From contig NC_006138.1 in NCBI RefSeq assembly GCF_000025945.1, forward strand, positions 1,710,001 to 1,742,000: a stretch of 32,000 bases of DNA, given 5' to 3'. A program made the translations under genes and the position numbers. This document shows positions 26,586 through 32,000 of the stretch, piece by piece; positions within the stretch are counted from its first letter, which is position 1, and each line of letters starts with the position of its first letter. The notes under the pieces were generated by a model. The model was not told the origin of the DNA. It saw nothing but the letters and a program-made list of their open reading frames with translations, and did not search any database. The DNA is from Desulfotalea psychrophila LSv54 (GTDB lineage Bacteria; Desulfobacterota; Desulfobulbia; Desulfobulbales; Desulfocapsaceae).

Positions 26586-27620
26586 CTATTTGTCTGGGGT
26601 AATGAAGTTGAACCACATTTCTCGTCGCTTAACTGAGTGAGACCAAAATGTTCCGGGATGGCTCAGGGTGCGTTTGACCTGTGACCAGGTTGATATTGTC
26701 TCACCGCGCCGCAGACGTATGGACCACAGATATGTCGTACCAGGTTTGAGTGAAACATCCGGTGTGAACGCGGTCTCTGTAAGGCCCTGTCCATATGCCA
26801 GAAGTTGACCACGGCGCCATCTTCTTTTTCCTGTCAATCGATCTAAATTGATCTTACGCCAGGTGGAATCGTAGGCTTCGTATATTACCACATCATATTT
26901 GATGCCGGGTATGGATGAGGGCAACCAGCGCAGGGTTGGCCTTGTGCTGGTAACTCTGGCATTTTGCAGACGATCAGGAGACGTTGGGCTCAGGCCAATA
27001 TTGGTGGATGAACAGGAAACGCCCCAATCGCCATTACATATATAAGAGACTCTGCTATATGTTCCGGGGTCAAGAGGTCTCAGCTTAACTACTCTGTTCA
27101 GTGGGTCTTTACTCGCCCCGGGATATCTCCTGTGAAACTCCTTGACGGCCTCCGAATAATTATCATTTATCCTTTGGTTGCTGGATTGATTCTTGTGTGA
27201 TTTTAGGGTGATTTCCCCAAGGTACAGGCCCTCGACTTTAGCCTCTACTATAAAAGGTATCCAGAGAGGTTGGGCCAGTGAAATCTGTCTGGATAGCCAG
27301 CCTGTTTCTGTGGAAAAGCCATAAACGCCAAGAATTTCATACTCTCCAGGTGGCAAGGGCCAATAGAAGTACTCGTTTTCGTCGACCTTGTATTCCATTA
27401 TTACGGGGCTTCCCACCCGTCGGAACTCGATGGTCAAAGAGTTTTCAAGACCGGAGGTGCTCAGCTTGATCTGTTTGCCCTCTACAATGACATTGACTTT
27501 GGCAAAGACAATGGCCTGTTCCGCTGACAGTGTTTGGGCCGTTTCTAGCTGCACAACTCCTGTGCAGCCCGTCAAGGCAATCGATATTATAGCCGCTAGC
27601 CAATACCCCAATATATTCAT
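26586..27620 (-). CDS. Lipoprotein of unknown function with two predicted beta-rich domains
   Basis: 344 aa with the lipobox IALTGC. The N-domain has PLPPGEYEILG, typical of beta-sandwich domains. The C-domain (PTLRWLPS...YDVVIYEA...TYLWSIRLR) looks Fn3-like. Confidence 0.6.
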   Translation of the reverse strand: MNILGYWLAAIISIALTGCTGVVQLETAQTLSAEQAIVFAKVNVIVEGKQIKLSTSGLENSLTIEFRRVGSPVIMEYKVDENEYFYWPLPPGEYEILGVYGFSTETGWLSRQISLAQPLWIPFIVEAKVEGLYLGEITLKSHKNQSSNQRINDNYSEAVKEFHRRYPGASKDPLNRVVKLRPLDPGTYSRVSYICNGDWGVSCSSTNIGLSPTSPDRLQNARVTSTRPTLRWLPSSIPGIKYDVVIYEAYDSTWRKINLDRLTGKRRWRRGQLLAYGQGLTETAFTPDVSLKPGTTYLWSIRLRRGETISTWSQVKRTLSHPGTFWSHSVKRREMWFNFITPDK

Positions 27621-27894
27621 GGCTCTCCCTCGCGTTTCAAGTCCGGTTTATGGTGCCAATCTCTGTTTTTAACCACTCCTCTATCTAGCTTACGTTATTT
27701 ATCTGTTATGGCCAAAAGTTAACTGCTTACATCTGCGGAGGATGTGATGCGCTTACCCCGCTAGGGGATGGGGGGCAAGGTGCAGAGGTGGGCTAGATGA
27801 GATGACTCTGTTTAAGAGTTGTTTTAAACGCTGATCAGTGTGTCAATTCCTGCCTATCCTGAAAGGGTCAAGGTCCTTGCTATCCCGTCCTGGC

Positions 27895-28272
27895 CTAGAA
27901 AGATTCACGCCAGTTGCCCCTAATTGGTTGGTCAAGGTCGATGGCAACAATCTGTTTAGCCGCTTTAAAAAAATGGGGAGACCCTTCACTGTCAGCGCTA
28001 AAGCTTACCTCGTCGTCATCTTCGTATGGATTCAGCAGATCGAGGAAATGGCCAACGGTGATTCTGCATGCCTGTTCTGAGGCATTGGTGCCGGAGGATT
28101 TGTCCAACTCATCAAGGACGACAAGGGCGATCTTGGGGCCATAGCGCTTAATTTCTTGGAAGATCAGAGGTCGCTTCAAAAATTTTGCCGAGCCAAATGT
28201 TACCTCAGTCTCTGGATCTATAGAGCTTAAGTTTATACGGAGCATTCCAACAGTGGTGTTTGGGTTTTGCAT
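27895..28272 (-). CDS. Hypothetical 125-aa protein resembling the Walker-B/sensor segment of Lon-type AAA+ modules. No Walker A. Possible gene remnant.
   Basis: MLRINLSS...IALVVLDELDKSSG...FLDLLNPYED parallels E. coli Lon YVRMALGG...LFLLDEIDKMSS...LLEVLDPEQN. It has its own SD (AGAGAGG, 6 nt) and an in-frame TAA upstream. Confidence 0.4.
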   Translation of the reverse strand: MQNPNTTVGMLRINLSSIDPETEVTFGSAKFLKRPLIFQEIKRYGPKIALVVLDELDKSSGTNASEQACRITVGHFLDLLNPYEDDDEVSFSADSEGSPHFFKAAKQIVAIDLDQPIRGNWRESF

Positions 28273-28622
28273 AGACGGCCTCTCTGTTTAATAGAAAATA
28301 GATCCGGGGGTGGACTTGGCCCTCTTCCCCAAGACTCAGTACGGGCTTGGCTACTGCTACCTTTAAGCCTAGCAGGGGGGAGAGCCTCTTTCAACAGAAA
28401 ATTAAGGCAATCGCCCTTTTGCTTTGACTCTCCGGATGTGGGCTATGAGGTAACCTGTGGGTAAAGACATTCGGCCTATCCTGCCTTCGCTTTGTCCTTA
28501 GGGTGATGCTTATTCCAGCTTTAGTATTGGCTATCTCTATATCACCTATTTTCTTTATAGATAATAACTATTTGAATTGTTTGTGTAAAAAAACTAGGTT
28601 CCCTGACAGTTTTGTCGGTGGA

Positions 28623-28631
28623 GGGGGGGGG
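28623..28631 (+). repeat. G9 homopolymer in the leader of the DUF523-like/ABC operon
   Basis: Nine consecutive G at 28623-28631, ending 53 nt upstream of the ATG at 28685. Confidence 0.9.
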
Positions 28632-28684
28632 CTCTTGCCTCTGCCGAATGAGTTGGCCAATCAGGATATTTTAAAAGGATCAAT

Positions 28685-29206
28685 ATGAATCGCAGCAAAA
28701 AAATTATAATTCTTTGTCATTGTTTGCTCAATAGTAATGCTAAAATCACCCCTCTGGCCACATGTGGCGGGGTCTATAAAAGTGTGGTGGCTCAGTATAT
28801 TGCCGACGGTGTAGGCCTGGTCCAACTGCCCTGTCCAGAGTCTGGTTATCTTGGTCAAAACCGTTGGGGGATGACACGGGATCAATACAATACCCTGCAC
28901 TTCAGAAAGTATTGTAGGGAGATTCTTGCCCCCAGTTTGAACCAGATAAAGGCTTTTGTTGATGCTGGCTATGAAATACAGGGCGTCATCGGTATGGATG
29001 GAAGTCCTAATTGTGGCGTTGAAGAAACCTGTATAGGATTTACTGGAGGAGAAATTTGCTGCCAAGAGGACATTGAAAGGCAGAGAGATAATATGTCAAT
29101 GGTGCCTGGTCGAGGAGTGTTTTTTGAGGTTTTGCAGGAGATGCTGCTTGCAGAAGAGATTAGTTTACCGTTTTGGGCTGTTGATGAAAGAAATATTAAA
29201 GAATAA
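28685..29206 (+). CDS. Cys-containing protein with distant DUF523/TudS-like pattern (putative Fe-S protein)
   Basis: 173 aa. IIILCHCLLNSNAK, LPCPESGYLG and GMDGSPNCGV mirror the DUF523 blocks ACLLGxxxRYDG, CPE and SPSCG. This is pattern recognition only. Confidence 0.45.
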   Translation: MNRSKKIIILCHCLLNSNAKITPLATCGGVYKSVVAQYIADGVGLVQLPCPESGYLGQNRWGMTRDQYNTLHFRKYCREILAPSLNQIKAFVDAGYEIQGVIGMDGSPNCGVEETCIGFTGGEICCQEDIERQRDNMSMVPGRGVFFEVLQEMLLAEEISLPFWAVDERNIKE

Positions 29207-29231
29207 AAAATGTACGCTGAGGAGCCTTGGA

Positions 29232-30017
29232 ATGAAAAACAGTAAAAAGCAGAAATTTTGTTTTGGATTTATAGTCTTATCTTTATTTCTCCTTACGGGG
29301 ATATCAGCCCAGGCAGACTCTTCTCTGCAACAGGTCGTGGACAGTGGCGAGATAAGAGTTGGCTTTTGTGCTCAGTATCCGCCCTTCGAGTCTGTAAACG
29401 TAAAAACGGGTGAGTTTGAGGGCTTTGATATTGCTCTGGCCAAAGCGATTGCCGATGAAATGGGGGTGGCAGCAGTGCTTATTGATGCCGAATGGCAGGG
29501 GCTGTTAGGTGGTTTGAAAAAGGGTGATTATGACGTCCTTATTACCTGTATGGCAAAATCCGAATCTCGTCGCGATAACACTAATTTTAGCGATGTATAC
29601 TATACTCTCCCTGACGTTATTGTGGTGCGTCAAGATGATACAATAGTTAAAGATAAGGATGACCTATCTGGAAAAGTTATTGGCGTTCAGCTTGGCTCCG
29701 GCAGTGAGCAGTTGGCGGATAGTATGGAGGGAAGACTTAAAGAGATCAAACGTTATAATTATAATCCCGAGGCTTTTACTGATCTTAAGGCCAAGAGAAT
29801 TGATGCCGTTTTCGTAGGTTATGCCTACGCTGTTAATCATATGAAGAGTGATAGTGCCTATAAGATTGTGGACGAGCCTCTTGCAAAAGCTGATATTGTG
29901 GCCGTGTTGGATAAAGGAGCCGATGCCTTGACCCAGAAGATAAATGAATCTTTGGCCAAACTTAAGGCGAATGGCAAATATCAAAAGATTGTTAACCAGT
30001 GGCTTACTGTCCAGTAA
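29232..30017 (+). CDS. Polar amino-acid ABC transporter substrate-binding protein (SBP_bac_3)
   Basis: The start is moved to MKNSKKQKFCFGFIVLSLFLLTGISAQA (signal peptide). Family blocks are GFDIALAKAIADEMG, WQGLLGGLKKGDYDVLITCM and NFSDVYY. Confidence 0.88.
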   Translation: MKNSKKQKFCFGFIVLSLFLLTGISAQADSSLQQVVDSGEIRVGFCAQYPPFESVNVKTGEFEGFDIALAKAIADEMGVAAVLIDAEWQGLLGGLKKGDYDVLITCMAKSESRRDNTNFSDVYYTLPDVIVVRQDDTIVKDKDDLSGKVIGVQLGSGSEQLADSMEGRLKEIKRYNYNPEAFTDLKAKRIDAVFVGYAYAVNHMKSDSAYKIVDEPLAKADIVAVLDKGADALTQKINESLAKLKANGKYQKIVNQWLTVQ

Positions 30018-30035
30018 TACGGCGTAAAAAATTAC

Positions 30036-30701
30036 ATGCTTGATTTTAAATTTGAAATTTTAAAAACTGCCTACCCTATGCTCTGTCAAGGGGTTTGGGC
30101 AACAGCGAAGGTAGTCTTTTTTTCTTTTATTCTTGCGATGTTGTTTGGCTTGATAGTGGGGGTTGCCAGATATCGGTCACGGAGTTTATATCTTCTCTTT
30201 TCTCCCTACGTAGAGTTTTTTCGAGGGACCCCGTTGCTGATTCAGCTCTTTTTTATTTACTATGGCCTACCAACCATTGGCATATCCATGGATAGTTTTA
30301 CGGCAGCCTGTCTCGGCCTTGGCTTGAATGGTGGGGCCTATATCTCCGAGATAATAAGAGGTTCACTCTTATCGGTTGATCAGGATCAGCTGGAGGCCTC
30401 ATATGCCTTGGGGCTGACCTGGTTTCAATCTATGGTCTATGTTATTTTTCCTCAGGCATTTACGGTCGCCATTCCGCCTCTTGTAAATTCTTTTTCTTCT
30501 CTTTTAAAGGACACCTCTCTGGTATCTGTCTTGGCGATAACCGAGCTGACCAGGGTAGGTCAGCTTATTTACACGAGAACATTTAGGGCTTTTGAAATCT
30601 ACCTTGCCATTGGAATGCTTTATTTTATGATGACTTTTGTCATGACACTGCTCTCCAAATATCTCGAAAAAAAATACAAAGTTCAAGGGCGTATTTCATA
30701 G
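30036..30701 (+). CDS. Polar amino-acid ABC transporter permease (His/Glu/Gln/Arg/opine family)
   Basis: 221 aa with 5 TM segments and the signature FFRGTPLLIQLFFIYYGLP, plus an EAA-like loop (ASYALGLTWFQSMVYVIFPQA). Confidence 0.9.
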   Translation: MLDFKFEILKTAYPMLCQGVWATAKVVFFSFILAMLFGLIVGVARYRSRSLYLLFSPYVEFFRGTPLLIQLFFIYYGLPTIGISMDSFTAACLGLGLNGGAYISEIIRGSLLSVDQDQLEASYALGLTWFQSMVYVIFPQAFTVAIPPLVNSFSSLLKDTSLVSVLAITELTRVGQLIYTRTFRAFEIYLAIGMLYFMMTFVMTLLSKYLEKKYKVQGRIS

Positions 30702-30806
30702 GAGAAGGCCATACGTCTAGCAATGACCGGGCAGGTTCAGTGCCCTCTCTTAAATGTGAGGGGGGCTCTGTGTGCTCTTCGCTTTCTGCTACTGGAGGGG
30801 ACTGCA

Positions 30807-30836
30807 TTAGACTAAGTTCGGTGAAATACGTATAAT
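30807..30836 (+). promoter_or_regulatory. Candidate sigma70 promoter (TTAGAC-18 nt-TATAAT) for the COG2403 gene
   Basis: A perfect TATAAT lies at 30831-30836, with TTAGAC at 30807-30812. The promoter is 59 nt upstream of the ATG at 30895. Confidence 0.4.
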
Positions 30837-30894
30837 ATGGATGGGGGCAGACAGCGTAGAGGAGCAATATAAATTAAATTGAGGGGAGATGAAT

Positions 30895-32000
30895 ATGGCT
30901 AAAAAAGTGATCATTATGGGTGGTGCCGGTCGTGATTTTCATAATTTCAATGTCTACTTCAAGGATAACCCCCACTATGAGGTCGTGGCCTTTACCGCAG
31001 CGCCCCAGATTCCTGGGGTTGAAGGTCGCTTCTACCCAACCGAGTTGGCAGGTAAACTTTATCCAACGGGTATTCCCATTTATTTTGAAACAGAGCTTGC
31101 CTCCCTTATTCGCAGGCATACGGTTGAGCTGGTGGCCTTCTCCTATAGTGATGTGCCCTATTCTGAGGTAATGCACCAGGCCTCGATTGCCATGGCAGAG
31201 GATGCAGACTTTATTATGCTTGGGGCCAAATCGACAATGCTCAAGTCAGCTAAACCGGTAATTGCCGTTTGCGCAGTGCGAACGGGTTGCGGTAAATCTC
31301 AAACTACCCGCAAAATATGTGAAATTCTGATGGCAAGAGGAAAGAGGGTTGTGGTTGTCCGTCATCCCATGGCCTATGGTGACTTGGGTAAACAGGTAGT
31401 GCAGCGTTTTTCCTCCTATGATGATTTTGCAAGGCATCGCTGTAGCATTGAAGAACGAGAGGAGTATGAGCATCTGGTTGACCTTGGCATTCTGGTTTTC
31501 GCAGGTGTTGATTATCAGAAAATTCTGCAGGAGGCGGAAAGGGAAGCTGATATTATTATTTGGGATGGTGGCAACAACGATATCCCTTTTTTCTTGCCGG
31601 ATATTCATATCGTCCTCTTTGATCCGCATCGTCCCGGTCATGAACTCCTCTATTATCCGGGGGAAACCAATATGCTTATGGCTGATATTGCCATAATTAA
31701 TAAGGTTAATACCGCCGTCCCTGAACAGATAGAACAGGTTCGGCATAATATTGAGCTGCATGCCCCCCAAGCGCAAATAATACTGGCCGACTCAAAAATC
31801 ACTGTCAGTGAAGAGGGGCTCATTAAGAACAAGAGGGTACTTGTGGTTGAAGACGGGCCGACTCTTACCCATGGCGGCATGTCCTATGGTGCCGGAATGA
31901 TCGCGGCAGAGATGTATGGAGCGGCAGAGATAGTTGATCCCCGCCCCTATTCTGTCGGAACCCTCAGAGAAACCTATGAAAAATACCCACATATCGGTCC
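30895..32000 (+). CDS. COG2403-type P-loop protein (cyclic 2,3-diphosphoglycerate synthetase-like, predicted GTPase). The 3' end runs off the window. Absent from the ORF track.
   Basis: Hand translation gives 368 codons without a stop. The product runs MAKKVIIMGGAGRDFHNFNVYF...AVCAVRTGCGKSQTT (P-loop)...IIIWDGGNNDIPF...VVEDGPTLTHGGMSYGAG... The SD GAGGGGAG lies 6 nt upstream. The 176-aa track ORF on the opposite strand is its shadow. Confidence 0.8.
   Translation, partial: MAKKVIIMGGAGRDFHNFNVYFKDNPHYEVVAFTAAPQIPGVEGRFYPTELAGKLYPTGIPIYFETELASLIRRHTVELVAFSYSDVPYSEVMHQASIAMAEDADFIMLGAKSTMLKSAKPVIAVCAVRTGCGKSQTTRKICEILMARGKRVVVVRHPMAYGDLGKQVVQRFSSYDDFARHRCSIEEREEYEHLVDLGILVFAGVDYQKILQEAEREADIIIWDGGNNDIPFFLPDIHIVLFDPHRPGHELLYYPGETNMLMADIAIINKVNTAVPEQIEQVRHNIELHAPQAQIILADSKITVSEEGLIKNKRVLVVEDGPTLTHGGMSYGAGMIAAEMYGAAEIVDPRPYSVGTLRETYEKYPHIG

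Noticed and set aside
28594-28660. CTAGGTTCC followed by a hairpin and GGUGGAG, superficially like the 5' half of a ykkC/guanidine-I (or ppGpp/PRPP subtype) riboswitch upstream of the ABC operon
   Set aside because: The conserved 3' half (ACGG-GGGA-AAAGCCCGGGAGA-like) is absent, and the match to the 5' consensus is partial. I cannot run a covariance model. It would need Infernal cmscan against RF00442 to revive it.
31246-31992. Minus-strand ORFs of 176, 75 and 66 aa at the right end of the window
   Set aside because: They are antisense to the uninterrupted plus-strand COG2403 reading frame, which has a strong SD and recognisable P-loop motifs.
1-32000. Searched by eye for CRISPR-like spaced repeats, tRNA T-arm (GGTTCGAATCC-like) signatures, rRNA, integrase, transposase or reverse-transcriptase genes, toxin-antitoxin pairs and known defence genes
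   Set aside because: None was found. The only repeated DNA is the flp tandem duplication and the in-frame triple repeat at 19986-20867. An eye scan cannot exclude short or degenerate elements.

Overview
Bacterial chromosomal window with about 33 supportable protein-coding genes. I saw no rRNA, tRNA, CRISPR array or intact mobile element. (1) 1-9997, minus strand: a complete Tad/Flp (type IVc) pilus locus in the order flp-flp-tadV-cpaB/rcpC-cpaC/rcpA-lipoprotein-tadE-tadG-tadZ-tadA-tadB-tadC. Two of its genes are missing from the supplied ORF track: a 59-aa second Flp pilin at 9460-9639 and the open-ended tadC at 1-642. The N-terminal TM helix of tadC appears to sit in a separate reading frame. 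A classic-clade AAA+ ATPase with a winged-helix-like N-domain lies directly upstream (10116-11456). (2) 11853-16832, minus: HlyD adaptor, fused double-NBD ATPase and two ABC-2 permeases (ybhGFSR-type exporter). (3) 17256-24070: MTA/SAH nucleosidase, a PAP2_3-type membrane phosphotransferase, a secreted protein built from three ~100-aa tandem repeats of no family I recognise, a TetR regulator plus a CoADR/Nox-family flavoprotein with two matching palindromic operators, and a nitrilase-superfamily hydrolase. (4) 24143-26091, minus: a translationally coupled operon of CheY-like receiver, CheC-type phosphatase and PAS-GGDEF cyclase. (5) 26586-32000: an orphan lipoprotein, a Lon-like AAA fragment, a DUF523-like Cys protein with an amino-acid ABC binding protein and permease but no ATPase gene, and an open-ended COG2403 (cyclic-2,3-diphosphoglycerate-synthetase-like) P-loop gene that is also missing from the ORF track. 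I did not find an unambiguous new multi-gene system. The best candidates for something undescribed are the triple-repeat secreted protein (19830-20882), the AAA+ ATPase heading the Tad locus, and the receiver/CheC/GGDEF module. All family assignments come from motif recognition by eye, not from database searches.
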